A DNA stretch of 52,011 nt from Fibrobacteria bacterium. GTDB taxonomy: Bacteria; Fibrobacterota; Fibrobacteria; UBA11236. The notes under the pieces were generated by a model. The model saw only the letters and a program-made list of their open reading frames with translations, ran no database searches and was not told the DNA's origin. Shown here one piece after another: positions 1 through 8,709 of the stretch. The stretch spans positions 1 through 52,011 of the forward strand of contig JBDSIO010000301.1 in the NCBI GenBank assembly GCA_039917895.1, read 5' to 3'. The translations under genes were made by a program, and so were the position numbers. How positions within the stretch are numbered: position 1 is the stretch's first letter; the number at the start of each line of letters is the position of its first letter.

Positions 1-1048
1 CTAGTTGGCCGAAGGCCTTGGCGTTGCGGGGATCCAGCCTGACCACCTTGCGGAAAGCGGCTTCGGCATCCTTGTAGTCGCCTTCCAACTGGGCTTTGCG
101 GCCGGAAAGGTAGACGGCGGGAACATAGTCGGGCTTTAACTTCAAGGCGGCGGTCAAGGCGCTGCCGTACCCATTGCGGCCAGGCCCCATTTCAACTTCC
201 ATGGTCCCCAGGGTAGTGAGCATGGCGAGGTTATCAGGATGCGCCTTGAGCGCGGCATGGGCGCCAGCGAAAGCCTTTTCGATTTCACCCATGCGGTATT
301 GGGCTTCCACTGCTTGCACGCGCACCGTCATTTCCTCGGGGTTTAGCGCGAGGACCTGTTCGGCCGTGGCCAAGGCTTCCTGGTAGTTGGCCGTGCCGAG
401 AAAAACGTCCGTGGCCATGGCCAGCAAGGGAATTTCCCGGGTCGGTATGGCCAGCACTTTGCGAAGCGGGACGACGGCCTTTTCCAACGAACCGGCATCA
501 TACAGAAGTTCGACCACCTGACGAAGCGCCGCGAGTTCATCGCGGGAAGGCTGATAACGGGGCTCTTCCCCTTCGGATCCGGTGTCGCTATGTGCGTCGC
601 CATGTGCATCGCCATGTCCGCCGGCATGTCCCAGGGAGTGGCCTTTGGGTGCCTCCCCTTCTCCGCCATCCACGTTTGCTGCGTGAACCGGTTCGTTGTG
701 GCCCGCTTCCGGGTCGGCGCCATGTAGGCCTTCGCCGCCGCCATCACCCTCGCCAGCCTCCGGATTTCCGTGATGTTCCGCTTCGGAAACGCTGGCGAGG
801 GATACGCCGTGATCGCCTATGTCTCCGCCCGGAGCCTCCGCGCCCTCATGCCCGGCATGGCCGGAAGCTTCCATGGCTCCGTCATGGCCATGTCCATTCG
901 CCTCCCCGGCACTCAGTTTGTGTTTCACCAGGAAAAAGGCCGCGCCGGATCCCGCCCAGACCACCACGGAAAGGATTCCCACGAGTTTCATGAGCTTGGC
1001 GCCGCGTGGACGCTTTTCGGAAAACCTCTTTTTCATCTTGGCCAGCAT
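1..1048 (-). CDS. Membrane-anchored TPR-repeat protein with His/Gly/acidic linker (3' end runs off the window)
   Basis: Absent from the ORF track; translated by hand from ATG 1048 (GAGGG upstream): MLAKMKKRF...KLVGILSVVVWAGSGAAFFLV (TM), a His/Gly-rich linker, then TPR-like helices (NYQEALATAEQVLALNPE; GDYKDAEAAFRKVVRLDPRNAKAFGQL). No stop before position 1. Confidence 0.85.
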   Translation of the reverse strand, partial: MLAKMKKRFSEKRPRGAKLMKLVGILSVVVWAGSGAAFFLVKHKLSAGEANGHGHDGAMEASGHAGHEGAEAPGGDIGDHGVSLASVSEAEHHGNPEAGEGDGGGEGLHGADPEAGHNEPVHAANVDGGEGEAPKGHSLGHAGGHGDAHGDAHSDTGSEGEEPRYQPSRDELAALRQVVELLYDAGSLEKAVVPLRKVLAIPTREIPLLAMATDVFLGTANYQEALATAEQVLALNPEEMTVRVQAVEAQYRMGEIEKAFAGAHAALKAHPDNLAMLTTLGTMEVEMGPGRNGYGSALTAALKLKPDYVPAVYLSGRKAQLEGDYKDAEAAFRKVVRLDPRNAKAFGQL

Positions 1049-1092
1049 CGGGACACCCTCGGCCCGATCGGAAAGCGGATCCGGCCCCTGAG

Positions 1093-1122
1093 ATTCTAGG
1101 GGCAGGATCGGTGTTTGAGCAA
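1093..1122 (-). promoter_or_regulatory. Putative sigma70-type promoter for the TPR gene
   Basis: Minus strand TTGCTC-N18-TAGAAT, about 45 nt upstream of ATG 1048. Confidence 0.5.
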
Positions 1123-1154
1123 GACTTACAGTGGTTTGTCAAACCCCGGGATCG

Positions 1155-1261
1155 CAAAAAACCGGGCGGCTGCCTCCGTAAACCCCGGTCACTAGCGACC
1201 AGGGGGGAGGCCTAGTTGGGTTTTAAGCGGGGTCGGAAGCAAAGCAAGCGCCTACCGACCC
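1155..1261 (-). terminator. Tandem hairpins downstream of rlmB, possible intrinsic terminator
   Basis: Stems GGGTCGG/CCGACCC (1230-1261) and GCCTCC..GGAGGC (1172-1211), with a T6 run shortly after on the minus strand. Confidence 0.35.
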
Positions 1262-1265
1262 TGCC

Positions 1266-2192
1266 TCAGGTCCCTCGACCGTCGCCGCTTTCCCCAGCCT
1301 CGCCGAAGCTCCCGGGTTGCAGGGAGTAGAACTTCGGCCGGTCCGAGGTGAAGCGGCTGAAATTGGAGGCGCGGTTGGCTTCGTACAGCATCAGGGACAT
1401 GGCCACGCCGGCGTTGAAAGAATGCGCGCCGGGAGCCATGGGGATCTTGACTACGTAGGTGCAGGCGCGGCGGATATGGGGCGGGATGCCGCGGTCCTCG
1501 CCGCCGACCACGAGCACGACGGGGCCGTCATACTTGCCTTTGGTCAATTCCACCTCGCCGTCCTCTTCCAGGCCGATGATGGTGTAGCCTTCGTTGCGCA
1601 GGCCTTTCAATTCCTTTTCGATGTCGCCGACCTGGCAGATGGCGATCGACTCGAGCGCGCCGGCGGCGGTCTTGGCCACGGCGGGCGTTAGTCCGGCATT
1701 GCCTTTATTGTGGGACAGCACCACATCGGCGCCCATGCACACGGCGGAGCGGATGATGGCGCCCAGATTGCGCGGATCCTCGATGGCGGCAGGCACAACG
1801 ATCATGGGAGCATAGCCGGCGCGCTTGGAGGCGACCAGTTCCTTCTTTACGCTTTCCCAATCGTCCCAGGAGCGCGTATTGCAAAAGGCGAGCACGCCTT
1901 GATGGGCGCCCTTGTACCATTGGTCGAGACGGGCCTTGGGCAATTGGTGCACGCGGATCTTCTGCGCGTCAGCCATCTTCTGCAGTTCGTGCAGCTTATG
2001 GTTCTGGCCGCCATGCAGCAGGACCAAATGGTTGATTTTGCCGGGCGAACCGCGCAGCAGGGCTTCCACGGCGTGGACACCGGCTATGATGGATGTTTCG
2101 TCGACTTGCTTGGGCATTGGGACCTCAGGGATTCGTTGGGGCGATTCTTGTTTGGCCGGGGGCCCGGGCTGCCGCTCCGGAATCGTCGCCAT
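1266..2192 (-). CDS. rlmB: 23S rRNA (guanosine-2'-O)-methyltransferase, TrmH/SpoU family
   Basis: IAGVHAVEALL N-terminal domain, IEDPRNLGAIIRSA, VVGGEDRGI and IPMAPGAHSFNAGVA SPOUT motifs. The start could be 2117 (MPKQVDE). Confidence 0.9.
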   Translation of the reverse strand: MATIPERQPGPPAKQESPQRIPEVPMPKQVDETSIIAGVHAVEALLRGSPGKINHLVLLHGGQNHKLHELQKMADAQKIRVHQLPKARLDQWYKGAHQGVLAFCNTRSWDDWESVKKELVASKRAGYAPMIVVPAAIEDPRNLGAIIRSAVCMGADVVLSHNKGNAGLTPAVAKTAAGALESIAICQVGDIEKELKGLRNEGYTIIGLEEDGEVELTKGKYDGPVVLVVGGEDRGIPPHIRRACTYVVKIPMAPGAHSFNAGVAMSLMLYEANRASNFSRFTSDRPKFYSLQPGSFGEAGESGDGRGT

Positions 2193-2219
2193 GCCCCTCG
2201 GATCCGGGGGGGGGGTCGC

Positions 2220-3440
2220 CTATCTGGGCGAGCGGGCTGCTGTGCCTGCGGCAGCGGGAACTTCGGCTTCCACGGAATGCTTGCGGATCTGATCGAAGAA
2301 TTCTTCGAACAGATAGTGCGAATCCTTGGGGCCCGGCGACGCTTCCGGGTGATATTGCACCGAGTACGCGGGCAGGCTGCGATGGCGAAGCCCAGCGACG
2401 GTCTGGTCGTTCAGGTTGATGTGGGTGACTTCCACGGTCTTGGGGTCCAGGCTCTTCGGGTCCACGGCGAAGCCGTGGTTCTGGGAGGTGATTTCCACCT
2501 TGCCCGTGCGCAGGTCCTTGACGGGATGATTCGCCCCGCGATGGCCGAACTTGAGCTTGAAGGTGTCGCCGCCCAGGGAGCGGGCCAGCAATTGATGCCC
2601 AAGGCAGATGCCGAAAATCGGCTTCTTGCCCAGCAGGCCTTTGATGGTGTCCACGGCATAGTCGAGCAGGGCCGGATCGCCCGGGCCGTTCGACAGGAAA
2701 ATGCCGTCGGGCTTGATGGCGAGGATGTCCTCGGCCTTGGCGTCCGCGGGGAATCGCACCACCTCGGCTCCCAGGCTTTGCAGCTTACGGAGGATGTTGT
2801 ACTTGATGCCGTAGTCCATGGCCGCGACCTTGAATAAAGGTTTGTTGTCGGGAATCGGGCGAAAGCTCAGGGCATTCTCGGGTTCGTCCCAGCCCTCCTG
2901 CGCCGCAATCGTGACTTTTTTCACGAAGTCGATATGCGTGAACGAAGGAACGGCCTTGGCCTTGGCCAGCACGGCGGTCAGATCATAATCGCCCGTCACA
3001 ATCAGGCCGTTCTTGGCCCCCGTCTCGCGCAGGATACGGGTGAGGCGGCGTGTGTCCACGCCCATGATGCCGGGAATGTTGTTCTTCTTCAGGTATTCCG
3101 AAAGCGACCAGGGATGCACGGCCCGGCCGTCGTCGGCGCGCCAGTTGGACGGGTACTCGCAGCAGTTCTTGACCACCAGCCCGGAAACCTGGATGCGCTT
3201 GGACTCCACGTCCTCGGGATTGATGCCGTAATTGCCGATTTCCGGGTAGGTCAGGACAACGATCTGTCCCGAGTAGGAGGGATCGGTCAGGATTTCCTGA
3301 TAGCCCGTCATGGAAGTGTTGAAACAGACCTCCCCTCCTGAAACTGGTTCGGCCGATCCATTTTCAGCCCCATTGCGCTCGGCTCCGAAGGATTCCCCTT
3401 CGAAATAGTTTCCGTCTTCGAGGGCGAGTATGGCTTTCAT
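2220..3440 (-). CDS. carA: Carbamoyl-phosphate synthase small subunit
   Basis: GEVCFNTSMTGYQEILTDPSY, LSNGPGDP, GICLGHQ (catalytic Cys), QYHPEASPGP. Confidence 0.97.
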   Translation of the reverse strand: MKAILALEDGNYFEGESFGAERNGAENGSAEPVSGGEVCFNTSMTGYQEILTDPSYSGQIVVLTYPEIGNYGINPEDVESKRIQVSGLVVKNCCEYPSNWRADDGRAVHPWSLSEYLKKNNIPGIMGVDTRRLTRILRETGAKNGLIVTGDYDLTAVLAKAKAVPSFTHIDFVKKVTIAAQEGWDEPENALSFRPIPDNKPLFKVAAMDYGIKYNILRKLQSLGAEVVRFPADAKAEDILAIKPDGIFLSNGPGDPALLDYAVDTIKGLLGKKPIFGICLGHQLLARSLGGDTFKLKFGHRGANHPVKDLRTGKVEITSQNHGFAVDPKSLDPKTVEVTHINLNDQTVAGLRHRSLPAYSVQYHPEASPGPKDSHYLFEEFFDQIRKHSVEAEVPAAAGTAARSPR

Positions 3441-3528
3441 GCGAAAATCTCCGAATCATCAGCGAATTGTCAGAACGGTCCGAAAAGGCGAATAGTCCGA
3501 ATCGTAATAAAGACGCGTGGTGGAAGGG

Positions 3529-4422
3529 CTAGACATCGCCGCGCGAGGCGGAAAACACCTGGATCCTCTTGTCAGTAATGACCGCGTCCATTAATTGGTC
3601 ATGCGGGTCCAAAGTTAGGTTTTTCTGGGTGATTTGCACGTCGAATCCAAGCCCAGCCCGCATGCAACGTTGGCCGGCCAGATACCGGTCATAGAATCCC
3701 TTGCCTTTGCCCAATCGCCCGCCTCGGGAATCGAAACAAAGCCCGGGAATCAGCGCCAGATCGGGCTCCGGAGCTTCTCCCGACCGCAGCGCCGGGAGCG
3801 GTTCCTGGATGCCGAAGGCGCCTTCGGCCATGTCTTTTTCCAAATCCAAGACCCGGGCCATACCCAGCACCTTGGGTATTGAAGGCTTGGGAACGCCCGC
3901 TGCGGCGCCGACGCCTTGTGCAGACGTACGTAATGCGTCCATCCCCCCGGCGAGGTCGTCCCCGCTGACCGTCAAGGGAAAGTCCATAACATAAGGCATC
4001 AACAGGGTTTTGCCGTCCGCCAGTATCCGGCGCAGCAGGGGTTCGGTATCGATCTCCTCCAGGTTGCCGGAAAAGGCGGCCACCACCTTCGCATTCTTGT
4101 ACGAAGGCCACTCAGTGACCTGGGCCACGAGGGCGAGGGCGGCGGCGGATCGTTCGGAGGAAGGAATGGCCTTGAGCCGCTCCTTGGCCCAGGCGCGCAT
4201 GCCCGCTTTGTCGTGCTGGACCTTTTCCCGTTTGTCGCTGGCCTCCGATTCCAACGTCAGAGTTTCCAATTGCGATTTCACATCCGACTGGATCTGCGAC
4301 ACTTTACGTTTCAGCTTCCCGAACTCGCGCATCACCTTGCCAAGCTCCTTGGGTTTGACCAGCACCACCACAAGGGCGACGACGACGCCGAATTCGCCGA
4401 TACCTAAGGAGTCGAAAATCAT
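3529..4422 (-). CDS. Fusion: N-terminal TatB/TatA-like TM plus amphipathic helix, C-terminal 5-formyltetrahydrofolate cyclo-ligase (YgfA/MTHFS family)
   Basis: MIFDSLGIGEFGVVVALVVVLVKPKELGKVMREFGKL is TatB-like and the gene follows tatC. Then EIDT, GAFGIQEP, PDLALIPGLCFDSRGGRLGKGKGFYDRYL and DPHDQLMDAVIT are cyclo-ligase motifs. Start set at ATG 4422. Confidence 0.85.
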   Translation of the reverse strand: MIFDSLGIGEFGVVVALVVVLVKPKELGKVMREFGKLKRKVSQIQSDVKSQLETLTLESEASDKREKVQHDKAGMRAWAKERLKAIPSSERSAAALALVAQVTEWPSYKNAKVVAAFSGNLEEIDTEPLLRRILADGKTLLMPYVMDFPLTVSGDDLAGGMDALRTSAQGVGAAAGVPKPSIPKVLGMARVLDLEKDMAEGAFGIQEPLPALRSGEAPEPDLALIPGLCFDSRGGRLGKGKGFYDRYLAGQRCMRAGLGFDVQITQKNLTLDPHDQLMDAVITDKRIQVFSASRGDV

Positions 4423-4441
4423 GGGAGGAACCGGCGCCCTT

Positions 4442-5167
4442 TCATACAACCTCTCTTTTCTTCTGAGCCAACGCACAGATTCCAATAGAGAACAGATACA
4501 GCACAATCAATGGAATTGCCATCATGATCTGCGAGACTGGATCCGGTCCCGGCGTGAGCAGCGCCGCCACGGCGAAGATGACGATGACGGCGTAGCGGAA
4601 GAAGCGCCACATGCCTCCGGCCGTGATCAGACCCATATTGGCGAGCACGTAGGCGACCACGGGAAGCTCGAAAATGATGCCGAAGGCGAGCATGAACTGG
4701 CTGATGAAGGAAGCGAAATCGCCCTGACGCCAGTTCTGGGTTATAGCGCCCTTGGTGTAGGTCGCCAGAAAGGCGAGCCCGGCCGGCAGGACGGCGAAAT
4801 ACGCAAAGGCGGCGCCAGCGGCGAACATGACAATGGAGGAGAAGAAGGCGATACCGAAGACCTTCTTTTCATTGGCGAACAGGGCCGGAGCCAGGAATCG
4901 CCAGACGTTCCACATAATCCAAGGGAAGGAAATGATAATGCCCGAGATTAGCGACATTTTGAAGCTGGTCATCACCGTCTCCATCGGGGAAATGGCGATC
5001 AGGTCCACGTGAAGATGCTGCTTGGTGAGTGGGTAGGAGATTACGAACCAGATTTTCTCCCAGAATCCATAGGCGAGAGCAGCCGCGGCCACAAGGCCGA
5101 TCAGGATGCGGATCAGGCGGGAACGGAGTTCTGAGATGTGGTCCCAGAAGGTGAGTTGGGAGTCCAA
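4442..5167 (-). CDS. tatC: Twin-arginine translocase subunit TatC
   Basis: LTFWDHISELRSRL, FLAPALFANEKK, FGIIFELPV, AALLTPGPDPVSQ; about 6 TM segments. Confidence 0.96.
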   Translation of the reverse strand: MDSQLTFWDHISELRSRLIRILIGLVAAAALAYGFWEKIWFVISYPLTKQHLHVDLIAISPMETVMTSFKMSLISGIIISFPWIMWNVWRFLAPALFANEKKVFGIAFFSSIVMFAAGAAFAYFAVLPAGLAFLATYTKGAITQNWRQGDFASFISQFMLAFGIIFELPVVAYVLANMGLITAGGMWRFFRYAVIVIFAVAALLTPGPDPVSQIMMAIPLIVLYLFSIGICALAQKKREVV

Positions 5168-5232
5168 GCGCGTAAAGGAGGGGGAGTGGAAGGGGAGGGA
5201 TCGGGTTCGGGCAAGTCCGGACCCGCATCGAC

Positions 5233-5433
5233 TCAGGACTTCGGGATTTCCTTGTTGTCCGACTTGGCGTTCTTGTCCTCGGCTTCGGTTTCATGACCGG
5301 CCATGGAGTTTTTGAAATCGCGGATACCCTTGCCCAGGCCCTTGGCGATTTCCGGAATCTTTCTTCCGCCAAAAAGCAGTATTACGATCAACAGGATGAT
5401 GATGAGTTCAGGTGCACCTAGATTTCCGAGCAT
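5233..5433 (-). CDS. tatA: Twin-arginine translocase subunit TatA/E
   Basis: MLGNLGAPELIIILLIVILLFGGRKIPEIAKGLGKGIRDFK; GGAGG RBS before ATG 5433. Confidence 0.95.
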   Translation of the reverse strand: MLGNLGAPELIIILLIVILLFGGRKIPEIAKGLGKGIRDFKNSMAGHETEAEDKNAKSDNKEIPKS

Positions 5434-5622
5434 ATCGACCTCCGCGCTGGATTGCTGCAAGTATAGCAAAAAGGGGTACCCGGCGCTTGTCATGCCGCGT
5501 TGCAGCCTGTTTTACACGGAAATAAGGGTGACAGCTTGACTGGACTTCAGGTCTTTGATGCGCGGTTCGACGCTTGGGCGGCAGGTCTGCCAGGAAGCCC
5601 GAAGGCAGGATTGGTGTCTGAG

Positions 5623-6786
5623 CTATGCCGGGGGCGGGGGGGATTCCGGTTTTGCAAGCCAGGCATCCAGGAGCAAGCCTTCCTGCCACTTCATCCATTT
5701 GGCGGCCGCCATCATCATGGGACGTGAGTTCGCCCCGGTCAGGGCGACGGCGGTCAGGGTTGATTTGGTGGCCAACAGGGAGGCATCGACCTTCAGCTCC
5801 TCGGCAATCCGATCCCGTACAGTCTTGAGATGGTTCAGAATGATGGAACTGGGGCTGGGCGCGATCTTGCGGGGCAGACGCAACGGTTGCGGCCACTCCT
5901 TTTCCCCTATTGTCAGCGCCTGTTCGAAAGTCTCCAAGTATCCGGAACGGATCTTGGGACTGAGGCGCGAAGGCAGGGAGGGGACTTGCGCGGGCGCCCC
6001 GTCTTCGGGCACCGCCAAGGCGAAGCGCAGCAGAATGTCCGACGGGAGAACCTTGTAGCTGGGAAGATCGAGATCCTTGGCGGTCTGATCCCGGAACTTC
6101 CAGAGGGCCTGTAGGGCGGCTAGCTGGCGCGGATACAACTTCGAAGAGCCGTCGATGCGCCAGGTGTTTTCCAGGTCCACGACCTTGGAGTTCGCCGTCG
6201 CCTTCACAAGTTCAGCGCAGGTTTCCTCATGCCATCCGAGCCGGTTCTTCTCTTCCAACTCCTTGGTGAGGGCTTCGTAAAGTCCGGGCAGGAAAAAAGT
6301 ATCCTGGGCTCCATAGTGGAGCATAAGGGGGGGCAAAGGACGAAGGGACCAATCCGCCTTTTGCTGATCCTTCTTCAGGGTTACGCCGAAATAGGCCTGG
6401 ACAAGGGCGGCGAGGCCGAATGCCGGTTTTCCCAGCAGCTGCGCGGCCAGCATGGTATCGTACACCTTGTGGGGGCGGAATCCCGACGCCTGGTAAAGCA
6501 TCCGCAGGTCGTAATCCGCGCCATGGAGCACCAGCACTTTTCCGGCCAACTTGTTCAGAAAGCCGTCCAACTCGATGTCACTTAAGGGATCCACCAGGTA
6601 GCAACGGTCATTTACCAGAATCTGAATCAGGCAGATTTTCGCGTAGTAGTGATGCATGCTGTCCGCTTCCAAATCCAGGAACACGATATCCGTGCCGTCC
6701 ATGGCTTTCAAGAGCGCAGCCATACCCGCTATGCCGTCAACGTAATCGATAGGATAGGTGGGAGGAGGGGGGTGAATCATGCTCAA
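5623..6786 (-). CDS. rnd: Ribonuclease D (DEDD 3'-5' exonuclease plus HRDC domain)
   Basis: LDLEADSMHHY, LHGADYDL, DTMLAAQLLG, DWSLRPL, YGAQDT; HRDC-like LWKFRDQTAKDLDLPSYKVL. The start may be 6780. Confidence 0.9.
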   Translation of the reverse strand: MSMIHPPPPTYPIDYVDGIAGMAALLKAMDGTDIVFLDLEADSMHHYYAKICLIQILVNDRCYLVDPLSDIELDGFLNKLAGKVLVLHGADYDLRMLYQASGFRPHKVYDTMLAAQLLGKPAFGLAALVQAYFGVTLKKDQQKADWSLRPLPPLMLHYGAQDTFFLPGLYEALTKELEEKNRLGWHEETCAELVKATANSKVVDLENTWRIDGSSKLYPRQLAALQALWKFRDQTAKDLDLPSYKVLPSDILLRFALAVPEDGAPAQVPSLPSRLSPKIRSGYLETFEQALTIGEKEWPQPLRLPRKIAPSPSSIILNHLKTVRDRIAEELKVDASLLATKSTLTAVALTGANSRPMMMAAAKWMKWQEGLLLDAWLAKPESPPPPA

Positions 6787-7059
6787 AGGAACCGCGGCGT
6801 CATAAGTGGCTTTTTATCTCTCCGCTGCAAGTCATTTCATCTCAATAGGTTATCAAAAACGTAAAAGGCCCATTCCAACAAGCGGACCGGAAGCTGAAAA
6901 GTACAAAAATTCGATTTTAAGGAGGGATATTTCTGAAGCCTGAAATGAAAACCGAACCGCGTATTCATTGTGGATGTAGCGAAGGTAGGCAAAATGGCGC
7001 TCTCGGCAAGAATTCTAGATTTACCGGCCCGGGACAGAGCGGGAACGGAAAGGGACGGG

Positions 7060-8055
7060 ATGGCATTGCGGGCGTTGACGGGAATCAAACCAACGGGCGA
7101 ACCTCATTTGGGGAACTGGTTGGGCGCGATCAAACCCGCATTGGCGCTGGCGTCGACCTTTGAAACCTATTACTTCATCGCCGACTACCATGCGCTGAAC
7201 AGCATCTACGACCCCGAGGCGCTGCGCAGGAATACGCTTTCCATAGCGGCCACCTATCTCGCTTTCGGTCTCGATCCGCATCGCTCGGTCTTCTATTGCC
7301 AGAGCGATATTCCTGAAGTGTTCGAACTCGCCTGGATCCTGTCCTGCTTTACGCCCAAAGGCCTGATGAACAGGGCGCATTCCTACAAGGACTCGGTCGC
7401 CAAGAACCTGGCGGCTGGCAAGGATACGGATCAGGGCATCAATATGGGGCTGTATTCCTACCCCATATTGATGGCGGCCGATATCCTGATTTTCTCCGCC
7501 AACGTAGTGCCGGTCGGTGCGGATCAGAAGCAGCATGTGGAAATCGCCCGCGACATCGCAAGCGCCATCAACCACACATACCAGACAGAACTCTTCACGT
7601 TGCCGGAACCCCGCATCGATGAGCAGGTCAAGACCATCGTCGGTTTGGATGGCCGCAAGATGAGCAAGAGTTACGGCAATACCATTCCCCTGTTCCTGGA
7701 TGAGAAGCAGATGTTGAAGCGCATCAACCAGATCGTGACGAACTCGCAGGGGCCGGAAGAGCCCAAGGAGCCCGACCTAAGCTCCGTGTTCAACCTGCAC
7801 AAACTGATATTGACGGAGGGCCAGGAGTCGCAGATGCGCAGCCGGTACCAGGCCGGAGGCATGGGGTGGGGACAGGCGAAGAAGGATTATTTCGAATCAC
7901 TCAACGCACTTTTGCAGGGACCCCGCAAAGAATATCAGCGTTTGATGGCGGATCCGGCGGCGCTGCGGTCGATCCTGGCGAAAGGCCGGGACCAGGCGCG
8001 CGCGCAGGCATCCGTTTTTTTGGACAAGGTGCGCGGCGCCATCGGTATACGGTAA
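7060..8055 (+). CDS. trpS: Tryptophan--tRNA ligase
   Basis: TGIKPTGEPHLGN (HIGH-like), YPILMAADIL, VPVGADQKQH, KMSKS. Start chosen at ATG 7060. Confidence 0.96.
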   Translation: MALRALTGIKPTGEPHLGNWLGAIKPALALASTFETYYFIADYHALNSIYDPEALRRNTLSIAATYLAFGLDPHRSVFYCQSDIPEVFELAWILSCFTPKGLMNRAHSYKDSVAKNLAAGKDTDQGINMGLYSYPILMAADILIFSANVVPVGADQKQHVEIARDIASAINHTYQTELFTLPEPRIDEQVKTIVGLDGRKMSKSYGNTIPLFLDEKQMLKRINQIVTNSQGPEEPKEPDLSSVFNLHKLILTEGQESQMRSRYQAGGMGWGQAKKDYFESLNALLQGPRKEYQRLMADPAALRSILAKGRDQARAQASVFLDKVRGAIGIR

Positions 8056-8072
8056 ATAACAAGGAGATCCCC

Positions 8073-8687
8073 ATGAGCTTCACACTGGAAACCGGCGCCC
8101 TGGCGCCGGAATTCGACCTGCCTGACGTATACGGACGCACCCACAACTTCACCGACGTGATGGGCGCGAACGGAACCCTGGTTTTCTTCACATGCAATCA
8201 TTGCCCATACGTGATCGGCAGCGAGGACCGCATGAAAGCGCTTTTCAACACCTGCGAGAAGCTCGGGATCACCATGACGGCGATCCATTCCAATGAGACC
8301 AAGGATCATCCCGAGGATGATTTCGAGGCTGTGAAGGCGCGCGTCAAAGGGAAGGGCTTCCGGTGGCTGTCCCTGCGGGACGACCAACAACTCGTGGCCC
8401 GTGCCTACGGGGCCGAGCGCACACCCCATTATTTCCTCTTTGGCAAGCTCGGCAATCTGGTCTATTCCGGACGCATGGACAACAGCCCCCGCGACGCCTC
8501 CAAGGCCGAAACGCACGAACTCCAGGACGCCATCGCGGACATGCTAGCCGCCCGTCCCGCCAAGCTGGCGCGCACGGACGCCATCGGCTGCAACATCAAG
8601 TGGTGGGACAGGGAAAAACATTGGATGCCCAAAGATGCCTGCGATCTTGATTACCTCTATCAACGGGAGTCGACCAGCCGGGCTTAG
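8073..8687 (+). CDS. Thioredoxin-fold AhpC/TSA-like redoxin
   Basis: APEFDLP, FTCNHCPYV (CxxC), AYGAERTPHYF, YSGRMD, IGCNIKW; AAGGAG RBS before ATG 8073. Confidence 0.9.
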   Translation: MSFTLETGALAPEFDLPDVYGRTHNFTDVMGANGTLVFFTCNHCPYVIGSEDRMKALFNTCEKLGITMTAIHSNETKDHPEDDFEAVKARVKGKGFRWLSLRDDQQLVARAYGAERTPHYFLFGKLGNLVYSGRMDNSPRDASKAETHELQDAIADMLAARPAKLARTDAIGCNIKWWDREKHWMPKDACDLDYLYQRESTSRA

Positions 8688-8709
8688 AGCCCCGGCGGCC
8701 GACCGGCCC

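Noticed and set aside
1135-1225. Cyclic-di-GMP-I riboswitch
   Set aside because: Only superficial similarity (GCAAA, CAAACC); the GNRA tetraloop/receptor architecture is not evident, and it lies upstream of the predicted TPR promoter.
1710-2837. Long opposite-strand or alternate-frame ORFs (e.g. 1710..2837, 4010..4951, 12137..13282, 15258..16550, 20414..21538, 28761..30041, 37361..38446)
   Set aside because: Shadow ORFs expected at high GC; each overlaps a gene with clear family motifs.
6790-7059. T-box or attenuator upstream of trpS
   Set aside because: AT-rich divergent promoter region; no T-box consensus, terminator/antiterminator or Trp-rich leader recognised.
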